From contig NC_043000.1 of NCBI RefSeq assembly GCF_006345805.1, positions 56,234,001 through 56,298,000 on the forward strand: 64,000 nucleotides of DNA. Direction: 5' to 3'. The position numbers and the translations under genes are program-made. This DNA comes from Octopus sinensis (Eukaryota). The notes beneath the pieces are model-generated. The model made no database searches, was not told the DNA's origin, and was given only the letters and a program-made list of their open reading frames with translations. Positions 12,608-24,590 of this stretch are shown here, one piece after another; position 1 is the stretch's first letter, and each line of letters begins with the position of its first letter.

Positions 12608-13238
12608 GAGAGAAAGGTGATGCAGTGTACAAGTCCAGGTGTTACATGTGTTGTATTAAGAGTCATTTGAAAATATTCAGTCCATAGATGGAAAATCAGA
12701 GAAAGAGAAAACAAACAGCAAGAGAGACAGCAACAGAATGTTACAGAAATAGTTGTTTCCAGAGTGTCACCAGAGCATATTTACAGATAGAAGACGTAAT
12801 CTTGTTTTAAATAGCAGTAGCCAACAACTAAAGGTATCACCCTCTGGTAACAATCAGTAGTATCATATTATCTTGCAACAAAACGAAGAAAACAGTGAAA
12901 ACAGGGGCAGTAAACACTCACAGTCAAGGGGGAAAAAGATCTCTTTCCACAAATGAACTTAAACAGAAAGCAAAACAACCAAGGAAGAGTCAATTTCTCC
13001 TGGAACTGAATGAAGTTTACAGACCTTTGAAAAGCCAATGAGGAGCTGAACAATTTTTAATGAACTGCTGTGAGAAGAAAGTAAAGCTAATGTGTAGATC
13101 TAAGAAGGGATGGGTTTTGACTATAGGGAACACACAAGTGATTAATTGCTAAAATAAGAACCAGTCTAACAGTCTATGAACTGTCATACCTTACTTACAA
13201 GAAGAAAGTGGTCCCTTTCTTATCCATTCTAACACTAG

Positions 13239-13365
13239 AGCTGTCCAGAGGCACTTTTAAAACTGAATATTCTGAATACATAGATGTTGATGACATGGAA
13301 GGAAAAAGGGTGTTGGAGCTAAAGAATGCCCTGGTTGAACACAAGTGGCAGCTTCTAAGACAATT
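13239..13365 (+). CDS. Candidate internal coding exon, unidentified protein
   Basis: Acceptor tttcttatccattctaacactag, possible donor gtgggt, and one open frame (E)LSRGTFKTEYSEYIDVDDMEGKRVLELKNALVEHKWQLLRQL with protein-like composition; no family recognised. Confidence 0.3.
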
Positions 13366-13629
13366 GTGGGTGGATTACTCTTATTTGTTTTTGTTTGCAT
13401 GAAATTTTTTATATTTATGTATGGATACATTTCTTTCTTTGATGTAATTTATCAGTGTTTATGCTACAGATTTTTAATATGTAACTAAAAAGATTCTTTA
13501 AAAGCCTTGCCCCATCCATAGTTTTTTATATAATTATGTACATACATCCTAAATATTTTTGTAATCACTTTTTTGCATCATGCTGTATGCATATGGTTCT
13601 GCTGGCAAAATAAAAGAAAGGATTATTAG

Positions 13630-13667
13630 TGTTGTTGTTGTTGTTGCTGCTGCTGTCATCATCATCA

Positions 13668-13720
<53 letters not shown>
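13630..13720. repeat. (GTT)(GCT)(CAT)(TAT)n trinucleotide run
   Basis: Direct inspection. Confidence 0.95.
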
Positions 13721-14467
13721 AATGCATTACAAATAAAGCGAAATAACTAAAGACAATATTCCATATAAGGAAAATATACAATATAATATTATAGAAACAT
13801 TCAAAAGGCTTCCCAACAGCACTTTTCAATAAACATTGTTCTACATTGTTTGAAAAAGAAAAGACATTCCAGTAACTATCTTTAAGCAACAAATAAGCTT
13901 TGCATCTTGTACTTCAAAGAAAAATATACATCAGTTTTTGTTGTGAGAAAAACAACAACAAAATACTAACAATTCATTGCAAATTTATTTGGTAAATTAC
14001 TTCTCATCACTGTTTTTATATTATTTGTTATGTTTTTGTTTGTTTGTGTTGTTTTGTTTTGTTTTGTTTTGCTTTTTTCTGAACTTGCCTTAATCTTAAT
14101 GTAATCTCAACATTTGTTCTGTCTAATTTGCCTTATTTTTAGTATAATTTCAACCTTTGTTTTATCTTATATTGCCCTAACCTCAATACAAACTTCATTT
14201 GAAAACAATAATAGAGTGATCCACTCCAGGAATCAAGAACTCTTTCGCATTTTTGGTAAATGCCTAATATACTTCTCTCTCTAGAGGGACTAAATTGGGC
14301 CTTATCACCATATTAAACACAAAACTTTGAAGAGACCAACATGGGAGCCTTTATGTGATCATTTGGCTTGCAAGAAATAGCAGTTAAATCTTTCTCAAAT
14401 CACAATCTAAAAGGCCTTTAAAAAATAGGAAGGAACTGAATATAGTTCTCTGAGACACCCTCAGTCT

Positions 14468-14645
14468 TTAACTCTTTAACATTCAGATTACCCTATTGAG
14501 TTATGTTTATTGTTTACATTGTTTTAAATTGATCCTGCATTATATCATAGCTTCAAGATTTCAATGATGTGATTGTTTATTATTAGAATGACAGTGTTGG
14601 GTAAGTGTGAAAAACCAGATCTAGCTTGTTTGAACATAAAAAAAA
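14468..14645. mobile_element. piggyBac-like MITE, truncated
   Basis: ttaactctttaacattcagattac followed by the family body. Confidence 0.7.
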
Positions 14646-14752
14646 ATGTCCTTTCTAGGAATTTTGTGCTCAGTGTTCTAACAGAACCTCCATATTAAGT
14701 TGGTAATAAAGATTACCTTCTCACATATAAATATATATATATATATATATAT

Positions 14753-14754
<2 letters not shown>

Positions 14755-14784
<30 letters not shown>

Positions 14785-14960
14785 TGTCATCGTCATTTAA
14801 CATCCGCTTTCCATGCTAGCATGGGTTGGATGATTTGACTTATGTCTGGTGAACCAGATGGCTTCACCAGACTCTAATCTGATCTAGCAGAGTTTCTACA
14901 GCTGGATGCCCTTCTTAATGCCAACTACTCCGAGAGTGTAGCAACCACTCCAAGAGTGTA
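14755..14960 (-). mobile_element. RTE LINE 3' tail
   Basis: (cat)n, then tttaacatccgctttccatgctagcatgggttgg...gctggatgcccttc. Confidence 0.85.
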
Positions 14961-14970
14961 AAACTACTCA

Positions 14971-15355
14971 TTCTTTGTTTCAGTCATCTGACTGCAGCCA
15001 TGCTTCAGCACCACCTGTAATCAAGCAAATTGACCGCAGAACTCATTCTTTGTAAGCCTAGTACTTATTCTATCAGTCTCTTTTGCTGAACCCTTATGGT
15101 ACGGGGACGTAAACATACCAATCTCGGTTGTCAAATGATGTTGGGGGACAAACACAGATGCACATACACACACACATGTATATACATACACATATATATA
15201 TGTATATACGACAGGCTTCTTTCAGTTTCTCTCCACCAAATCCACTCACAAGGCTTTGGTCAGCCCAAGGCTATAGTAGAAGACACTTGCCCAAGGTACT
15301 ATGCAGTGAGACTGAACCTGGAACCATGTGGTTGGTAAGCAAGCTTCTCACATAC
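14971..15355 (-). mobile_element. SINE A, full length
   Basis: Head, internal (TA/CA)n and tail are all present. Confidence 0.9.
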
Positions 15356-15369
15356 ACATTCAGGAATTA

Positions 15370-15590
15370 TTTGTTTCAAATTTTGGCACAAAGCCAACGC
15401 TTTCAGAGAAGGGAGCTAGTGGATTACTTCAATCACAGTTCTCATCTTGTAGTAATTTTATTGATGCCCCAAAAAGATGAAAGGCAAAGTTGACCTTAGC
15501 AGAATCTGAACTCCGAATATAAGCTGGATGAAATGCTGCTAAGCATTTTGTCTGGTCTGGTGTGCTAACAATTCAGCCATCTTGCCACCT
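15370..15590 (-). mobile_element. SINE B, degraded
   Basis: gatgaaaggcaaagttgacc...tgaactccgaatat...ctaagcattttgtc. Confidence 0.75.
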
Positions 15591-15829
15591 TACACATACA
15601 CACACACACACACATACAAGAATACTGTCTCCAGTATATTTCCCTGCGGTACTTCAGCTGTTATTGGGTATCCAAGAGAGTAAAATAAAAATCAACGGTG
15701 GTGTACATAGGTAAATAAAGATTGTGAATCACTAATCTAGATTCTCACTTAGTTTTTATTTCACTTTTGTTTGCTCTTCTCCTCATTTCTGCAACATTCT
15801 GTGTTCTGTAGGTCTTACTGTGGTAATGA

Positions 15830-16085
15830 CCTTCATATCCTTGACTGCCTACTTCTACTGACAAACACCTGGTTTTTCACCCCTTCTTACAATACTCCTC
15901 CACCAACTCTTAGTATTTTTCCCTTTCCTTCTCATGTACTTCCTTCATTCTCTCTTTCCAGGGCAAAGTTAACTCCAGTTAGATGATCCACCTTCTGGCT
16001 TCTGGTCTCAAATGATAAGTAGATTATATGTAATGGAAATTTTAACAGCTTCTCTAAGCAACTCTCATCACCTAATATTGTGCTA
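15830..16085 (-). mobile_element. HERO/R2-superfamily non-LTR relic, restriction-like endonuclease domain
   Basis: Reads LEKLLKFPLHII...LELTLPWKERMKEVHEK..KY*ELVEE..KKG*KTRCLSVEVG, resembling the ELTVPWEE...KY..L...C...GW......VEVG pattern. Confidence 0.8.
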
Positions 16086-16724
16086 TAGAAAACAGACCAC
16101 TGGAAGTGTTGTTGAGATTTTTCCATCTCTGTTTTAACTAATATTTAACTAATCTTACCTATATATCGATACAATTTCAAGCTATGCTTTATTTTATCTT
16201 ACCTGTGCTTTGCAACAGTTTTAAACTGTTTTATCTAACCTTTTTGTATCTCTGAAAAATTTAAATTTCTGTCTTAGATCTAAGTTTTAAACCAGTTATG
16301 AGTCAAACTGATTACAAATAGCATTGAAATTATTTTAGTTTCTAATTGACAAGCAGGATTGTATAGTAAATAATTCAATTTCTGGAGGAAGGACCAACTT
16401 CAGAATCTGGGTGGAAACTTTACATTTATTTTACATCAGACACAAATACTCGCTAAAGATTTAGGAATGCTACTGTGAAATATTTAGGACTGTTAAAACA
16501 TTCCATTTTTCCATCGTCTATAAATATTATTAAGAGTCTTCTGCTAAGTCACATTGAATCGATATTTAGAAGTTAGAAGGGTGTTAACTTCACTCTAATA
16601 TATGTCTGGAGCTTGAATCCTATAAGTGCTTGAATTGATGCACTAAATTCATGCACTAAAGTTTGCTTAAATAAGTACCAATGATATGCTGAAGTTAATT
16701 CAATTAACAAATCGACTCTCACCA

Positions 16725-16733
16725 TCTCTCTCC

Positions 16734-16815
<82 letters not shown>

Positions 16816-16822
16816 ATCTCTC
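16725..16822. repeat. (CT)n microsatellite
   Basis: Direct inspection. Confidence 0.95.
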
Positions 16823-19800
16823 CTGCTATTACTTCTAAATATCTATGTGCAACACAGTGTGTTTTAGAAACCTAAGATACATTTTAATGTAGTTAAGACA
16901 GAAAACATCTGAAAAACAAAAATTCAGTGTGAAACTTCAAACAGATGTAAATATATCTTGGTATTCTCTTTGCACAGCGGAAAATAAAAGAGAATTTTCC
17001 TGGCATGTATCACAGTTCATTGAGAACTCAAAAGAGAACTAACAACAACAACAACAGCAGCAGCCACTGCTACCACCACCACTGCATAGACATACCTCAT
17101 CCTTCTGTTCATGAAAAGAACTTACAGCAAATCACTGATCAATTCAAACAGAAACCAGAACTTAACTGTAATAGTTAGACTAATTTGATACTATGTGTTC
17201 ATCGATATTTACTAATTTTATGCAATAAGTTCTGAAGTTCGAAGATTTAGCGTGTGATTTCAACAAGTCAATAAAATAAAAAAAAAGGAATCAAACAAGA
17301 AGTGCTTTTAATATCCTATTTAGGAAAGTCCATGTGTAAATCTCCACTTAATGATGGTGATATTCAAGATAGTTGATGGTTTTATCAATTAGCTTTGCTC
17401 CAAAAATTCAATCAATAAAAATCAAACAAAAAGCACCCAGACACAGGAATAGGTGCATGATTAAGAAGTTTGCTTTGTGGCTAGCTATGTGATTGCAGAT
17501 TCAATCTCACTGTGCAGTATCTTGGGCAACTGTCTTCTACTATAGACGTAAGTTGATCAATGCTTTGTGGTAGAATTAGAAAGGCAGACAGACAGATAGA
17601 TAGATAGAAACTAAACAGAAGAAATGTAGGGCATGAGAATATGAATATATTAGTGCAGCCTTCCAGCATGCCAGCCCAGTCAAACTATCCAACCGATGCC
17701 AGCATGGACAATGGACATTAAATGATGATGATGATGATGTTTTTTAATCATTCATTTATCAGTTAATTAATATCACGCTTTGTATTTGTCTCCTTATTCA
17801 TATAAGAATTCGGAGCTGAGGACATCATTCTCTTGTTAAGGCCAACAGAATCCTGGATATTGCAGGAATGTCTAGAGGAGCTATTACAAAATAGAAGCGG
17901 CTCAGAAATTATCTAGATGGCTTTGGATAAAAGAAAGTGACTGGTGAGATCCACAGGCAACCAGCTGGGCTGTCACCTTTTCTTGTGATAATAATACCAT
18001 GCATTAGAAGTATATTGAGTTCTAACAACTTATTATTGGCCAATATCATGTCTAAGCAAAACTGTTATTTATTTTCATATACAAACACACATACACACTT
18101 ACACACACACACATATATATATATATATATTTATACACGCACATATATATATGTGTGTATATATGTATATTGTGTTGAGCAGTTATGCATCTATGATTAC
18201 ATATAACAGTGGAAATCAATGAATCAAGTTTCATCAGTGTTACATCAGAAGTTAATTTAGCTTTTCAATAAATACACATCTTCAAAATAAAAGACACTAA
18301 AATAAGCACTTGTATAAATAGAATCAAAAAAAAATCTTTTAATACTATGCTTCACTACAGATGCAGTCCAAGACGAAACCAGTCTAAGAATTTACTTAAA
18401 ATAATCCAGGGACATTTTAATACTTTAAACATTAAAGCGCATGTGTTACACTCAAATTAGTGATGGAGATACTGCAGCATTATCAATTAGTTTACTCGAG
18501 AAAAGTTTAGTTAAATTGTTAACATGCTTTAGAAAATTCACCCAAAAAATTTTTTATAAATTTTACACATACAGTTCATTTGAAATGAGTAGCAGTTGGA
18601 TAGATAAAGAAGTGGATTGGCAGAATTGTTAGTGCAAGAGACGAATATTTTGTGGTAACTGTTCTGACCCTTTGCATTCCAAGTTCAAATCCTACTGAAG
18701 TGAACATTACCATTTATCATTTTGGGCTTAATAAATAAAGAAACAGTCAAGTGCTACAGAAGGTCAACTCAGCTTCTCAATCACTTTCCCTCCCTAATTC
18801 TATCTTCTTTTTCTTTTTCTTGTGACTCATGTACTAGTGTATCTCAGGCAACAAGTCTTTGTGGTTTTTATCTCAAGTTTGGGTGGTTTATTAAAATCTC
18901 ACCCCTTTTGAATGCTTTCATTCCTTCAATTTATACTTATTCACCTTGTCTTGTTCATAAGTACTTTTAACTTCTCTTAACTTAATTTGCCCTGATTTAT
19001 TTAGATACAATATTTCACCCTCCACTTTTACCTTCCAAACCCTGTTATCTTTCTATACTTTTAGGGGTCATTTCTTCAATAACATTACCTGGTACATTGA
19101 ATGACATTGGTAGAATCCACTCTAGTGCAAGCATTGAATGGATCTTTCTCACTCTTTCCCAAATGTCTCAGAGGCTCTGTAAAGGGTCATGGGCAGTACC
19201 TTACCCTTTTGGATTAAAGATAAAAGAAAAACATCATCCATACTCTAGTTTTTAGCATAGGAACATCATGTCCTTGCATGTTGTAAGAGGTGACTAAAAG
19301 GATTGGAATCAGAAATGGCATATCTTTCTTTAATCTTTAATCTTATACTTGTTTCAGTGATTAGGCTGTGGCCATGCTGGGGCACCACCTTGGAGAACCT
19401 TAGTCAAATAAATCAACTCCAGTACTTATTTTTTGAGCCTGCTGCTTATTTTTCAGTCTCTTTTGCCAAACTGCTAAGTTACATGGAACACACACACACA
19501 CACACATACACACACACACATGCACGTGCATGTGTGCACAAGCACACATACAGAAAATCATCTATTTATCTATTTATTTACGTAATCATAATTTGCAGAT
19601 GATAAATGCAAATAGTCATGGGTATGCAACTAGTGATCAGTCATATGAATATATAGTAAATCCAGCTTATGATTATTACACAGCTCTTGTTTTACTAAAG
19701 CTGATAAAGAAGCCATATTGACTTCAAGACTTATTGAATACTTCTTTCTAATTTCTCATTCATACAACAGAAAGCAATGTATGTATGTACGTATGTATGT

Positions 19801-19858
19801 ACGTATGTATGGATGGATGGATGGCTATATAGATAGATAGATAAACAGACAGACAGAA

Positions 19859-19907
<49 letters not shown>

Positions 19908-19908
19908 T

Positions 19909-19959
<51 letters not shown>

Positions 19960-19973
<14 letters not shown>

Positions 19974-20518
19974 TAAATATCAATAATATTAATACTTGAG
20001 GTTTTTTCGTTTTTGTACATGCCTGTGGTATGTGTCACACTTACTTCAAAAGAAGAGGTAAAAAGGTTGAAGGCAGAGGTACACAGAAAAACAGAAATAA
20101 AGGTGTTAAGCAGAGGAGGTATAGTTGAAGTGAGAAGCAAAACAGATGTATAGTTGAAGTGAGAGGCAAAGTGGCAAAGAGGAAGAAGTAAGAGGGAGTG
20201 AGAGAGAGAGGATTGATAGTGTTGAGAAGTAAGAGAAATATAACACAGGACAGTTAGAGGCAAGGAGACATAGAGGAAGGAGAGGGAAAGAGAGAGATTT
20301 GGAGAGATAGACTGGGTGAAGGAAGGGAGTGGATAGAGAATAATAGGGAAAGAGAATGGAACCATTCTCATACAGAAAACGCTGGAAAACTTTTCCACAG
20401 TATATGATAAAGCTTTTGAAAACATGGAAATTGCAAAAAGAAATGTTGCCTATCTATTTATCCGGCTGACAGTTATTCTGTCTGCCCCTCTCTCTAACAC
20501 AGACACTCTCTCTTTCCC

Positions 20519-20550
<32 letters not shown>

Positions 20551-21595
20551 GGCAAATAGCTGTGGATGTCACTGTTACTTTTCTACAGCTGAAGGGAGAG
20601 GTATAAAGAAAAAGAGAAATAAAGGCGGTATAGTTGAAGTGAATGACATAATGAGAGAGAGAGAGGAGGGACAGAGAGGGAGAGAAAGAGTGAGAGTGAG
20701 AGAGAGAGAGTGAGTGAAAGGAAGAAAAATGTTTATCAGTATTTTCAGAGTAGACTGATACATACATCAAAAGAAAAGTAGATACATAGATCCAAAGAAA
20801 AGTTGATACATAGACACAATGGAAAATCAAAAACAAATATCCAGAAGATATTGGATGTCACTTTCACTTTTCATTACCACACCAGGATAAAATTAACTCG
20901 CAAGTGGCTGAGTACTCCACAGACATGCATACCATTAACGTAGTTCTCAGGGAGATTCAGCCTCTCACAGAATGTGACAAGGCTGGCCCCTTTGCATTAC
21001 AGCTACAACTCATTTTGACCAAATGAGTTGACTGAAGCAAGATGAATCTTCAAGTGGCTGGAAGAAAATGAAAAAAAGATCCAATACAGGGGCAAGAAAA
21101 TCTTTTTAGCCATTAGGGTCACTGTGGGTGTTAATCCAGTCCTAACAGCAGTCTATTTACCTATCTATCTATTTATCTATCTATCCATCCATCTATCTGT
21201 ATGTCTGTCTGTCTGACAGTTATTCTGTCTGTCTGCCCCTCTCTCTCTCTCTCTCTCTCATACATACACTCTCTCTCTCTGTCTCTCTCTCCCTCTCTCT
21301 CCATATATCTGTCTCTTTCTCAGCAAATATTTGTGGATGTTGCTGTTGCTTTTCTATACTAATGAAGGGAGAGGTAGACAGAAAAATAAAAATAAAAGGT
21401 GTTAAGCAGAGGAGGTATACTTGAAGTGAACGGTAAAGTGGGAGAGAGGAGGGACAGAGAGGGAGTGAGACAGAAAGTGAGTGGTGACTGAAAGGAAGGT
21501 GGCGTTTGTTTTGCATTTTAGAATGTTTATCAGTATTTTTTTAGCCAACAGATACATAACCACAGCAAATATTGGATGTTACTTTCACTTTCCTA
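19960..21595. repeat. Old diverged triplication of a roughly 400-bp purine-rich unit
   Basis: Shared strings aaggtgttaagcagaggaggtata, gacagttattctgtctg, aatgtttatcagtatttt and tattggatgt(c/t)actttcactt at about 20070, 20470-20870 and 21215-21595. Confidence 0.75.
20893..21045 (-). mobile_element. SINE C-related 3' fragment with a different tail
   Basis: Minus strand cttcagtcaactcatttggtcaaaatgagt matches the SINE C core ctccagtccactcagctggcaaaaatga; downstream sequence differs. Confidence 0.6.
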
Positions 21596-22032
21596 CAATA
21601 TAATTAATTACCATATGCTATATACTGGGTCCTCAGCCAATATTGGATATTACTGCAACTGTCACAATATAGAAACATTTCTCATGGCACCAGCACACAA
21701 TTTACAGATGCTTACATTTTTTATGTTGTCTGTGAAGTTCTCACGGGTCCAGCTAGTACATATAAATATACACATATATATATATATATAAATGTATATA
21801 CATATTCACACACACATACATACACACTAGTGGCTGACTTACATGCAGTTTTTCATCTGCCAGCCCATATCTATGTTAGAAGTCTCATGCTCAAGATGCT
21901 GTGCTGTGGGACTGAACCAGAAATCCTGTGTTTTAGGAACAAACTTCTTAACCACTTAGCCATAACTGCATCTATTCATCTACATAATAAAAAGTAACAT
22001 AATCAATTGATTTGACCTTACACTCATTACTA

Positions 22033-22424
22033 CTCTTTTACTTGTTTCAGTCATTTGACTGCGGCCATGCTGGAGCACCACCTTTATAGTCGAGCAAATC
22101 GACCCCAGCGCTTATTCTTTGTAAACCTAGTACTTATTCTATTGTTCTCTTTTGCCAAACTGCTAAGTTACAGGGATGTAAACACACCAGCATCAGTTGT
22201 CAAGTGATGCTGGGGAGACAAACAGACACACAAACATATACACACACATACATATATATATACATAGATACGATAGGCTTTTCCAGTTTCCATCAACCAA
22301 ATCCACTCACAAGGCTTTGGTCGGCCCAAGGTTATAGTAGAAGACACTTGCCCAAGGTGCCACGCAGTGGGACTGAACCCGGGACCATGTGGTTGGTAAG
22401 CAAGCTACTTACCACACAGCCACC
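22033..22424 (-). mobile_element. SINE A, full length, low divergence
   Basis: Complete head-to-tail match to 60295-60690. Confidence 0.92.
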
Positions 22425-22439
22425 TTAATTATTTTTATC

Positions 22440-23277
22440 TTTTACTTTTATCGATTACTTGTTTCAGTCACTAGACTGCGGGTATGCTGGGGCACTGCCT
22501 TGAAGAAACTTTAGTGAAATGAATTCACCCCAATACTTTTTTTTTTGTTGAGCCTAGTGCTTATTTATATTATCGGTCTCTTTTGCTGAACTGACAAATT
22601 ATGGAGATAAAGAAACCAACACCAGTTGTCAAGTGGTGGTGGAGATAGATACACATACACAAAAATACACACACAGACATACGCAAGCCAAGATAAGTTA
22701 AAAATTGTCTGAAGTCGTAAGACACCCGCTGTTTTTGTCCTGTTTACTATTCTTGTTTTTTATTTCTATTTTTTGTTTTTTGTATTTATATTCGTGTGGC
22801 ATCCTGTCCTTGTTTCGTATACATTCGATCCTCTTTCCAAGAAATCTAATGCCCGTGGCTTAGTTTTTCTTTGGGGCTGGCCGGATCGGAGCGATATCGA
22901 GATTAAACAGCCGAAATTGCTAAGATGATCCGGTTCCCGACTGAAGATTAGAGGCTTCGAGTGACCCGTCTGTTTTTTTGTGTCGTCTCTTTGTGTGTTT
23001 TTGCGTTCTTGTCCCACTTTGTAATTTATAATTTATATTTAATTTCTATACATATATATATATATACACACACACACATACACAGACATATATATATATA
23101 TACACACACACACACATACATACACACACACGATAGGCTTCTTTCAATTTCCATCTACTAAATCTACTCACAAGACTGTGGTCAGTCCAAGGCTATAGAA
23201 GACACTTGTCCAAGGTACCATACAGTGGGACTGAACCCTGAGTCATGTGGTTGGGAAGCAAGCTTCATACCACAGAG
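22440..23277 (-). mobile_element. SINE A interrupted by a CpG-rich insertion (22686-23046)
   Basis: 3' half at 22440-22685 and 5' half at 23130-23277, split at the internal microsatellite. Confidence 0.8.
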
Positions 23278-23519
23278 CAAAGTCAACAAAAATGAGACTT
23301 GAACAGAGAAAACAGTGCAAGGAAGTGAGTCTTGGTTGCTTACTATTCAGGCTTTCATCTGACTCTTTTTATTTAACAACATTGTGAAGCAATAGATAAG
23401 TTTCTAACTAGTACACCTTAAGTACACATTGTAAAGTGTTGCTCAATTGCTGCAAGTGTAGATAACTTACATATATATGTGTAACACCAAGAGCAAGTGT
23501 ATTTTACTGTAGCTGCAGG

Positions 23520-23740
23520 CTGGCCAAAAAGTAATGGGAGTGGATCTGGTAAACAGAAACTGAAAGAAGCCTGTTGTGTGCATGTGTATGTGTGTGCATG
23601 TATCTGTCCCCCACCACCACTTGACAGCCGGTGTTGCTTTGTTTACATCCCTGTAACTTAGCAGTTCAGCAAAAGTGGCTGAAGGACCAGACTTAAAAAA
23701 TAAGTACTGAGGTCAGTTTGTTTGACTAAACTCTTCAAAG
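23520..23740 (+). mobile_element. SINE A, partial
   Basis: gaaactgaaagaagcc...cttgacagccggtgttg...gtaacttagcagttcagcaaaag. Confidence 0.75.
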
Positions 23741-24014
23741 GAATAGTCACTGTTATGACTCCTATTGACAGAGGAGATTTACCAGAGTTTTTACTTGGTT
23801 AAAGCCCTCAGTTTTAATTCAGATAGCAACAACAAAAAATTATAGGCTTTTCAGTGTGATATTATCTCTATAAGAATTTGGCCCGTGATCACAAGATCAC
23901 ATTCAATTTCTGGATACGACGACATGCTGTATCCTTGAATAAGACAATTCATTTCACATTTCTCCATTCATGTTTCTATATTGATTATTTCTTTTTAGTA
24001 AATTATTGTAATTC

Positions 24015-24291
24015 GAGCGAGATCATTGCCAGTGTCACTGGACTGGCTCCTGTGCAGGTGGCACATAAAAAGCACCATTTGAGCATAACCATTACAAGTA
24101 CCACCTGACCGGCCCTCGTGCTGGTGGCACATAAAACCACCCACTACACTCTCGGAGTGGTTGGCGTTAGGAAGGGCATCCAGCTGTAGAAACTCTGCCA
24201 AATCAGATTGGAGTCTGATGCAGCCATCTGGTTCGCCAGAACTCAGTCAAATCGTCCAACCCATGCTAGCATGGAAAGCGGATGTTAAACA

Positions 24292-24344
<53 letters not shown>

Positions 24345-24358
24345 AATGATGATGATTA
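24015..24358 (+). mobile_element. RTE LINE 3' tail with long (GAT)n
   Basis: ctctcggagtggttggcgttaggaagggcatccagctgtagaaactc...gcggatgttaaac followed by (gat)n. Confidence 0.9.
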
Positions 24359-24379
24359 ATGTTAATCCATCTGTATTAT

Positions 24380-24590
24380 AATACACTATGCTCATTATTT
24401 CACAAGCATTAAGGTGGCAAACTGGCAGAATCATTAGCATGCTGGATGCAATGCTCAGCAACATTTCATCCATCTTTACATTCTGAGATCAAATTCCATC
24501 ATGGTCAACTTTGCCTTTCATCTTTCTGAGGTCGCTGAAACAAGTACCAATCAAATACTGGGGTTGATATAAGAGACTAACCACCACCAT
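24380..24590 (+). mobile_element. SINE B, degraded
   Basis: aaggtggcaaactggcagaatcattagc...ggtcaactttgcctttcatc. Confidence 0.75.

Noticed and set aside
19760-20425. 221-aa minus-strand ORF
   Set aside because: Runs through (GATA/GACA)n and a purine-skewed repeat whose complement lacks stops; no domain.
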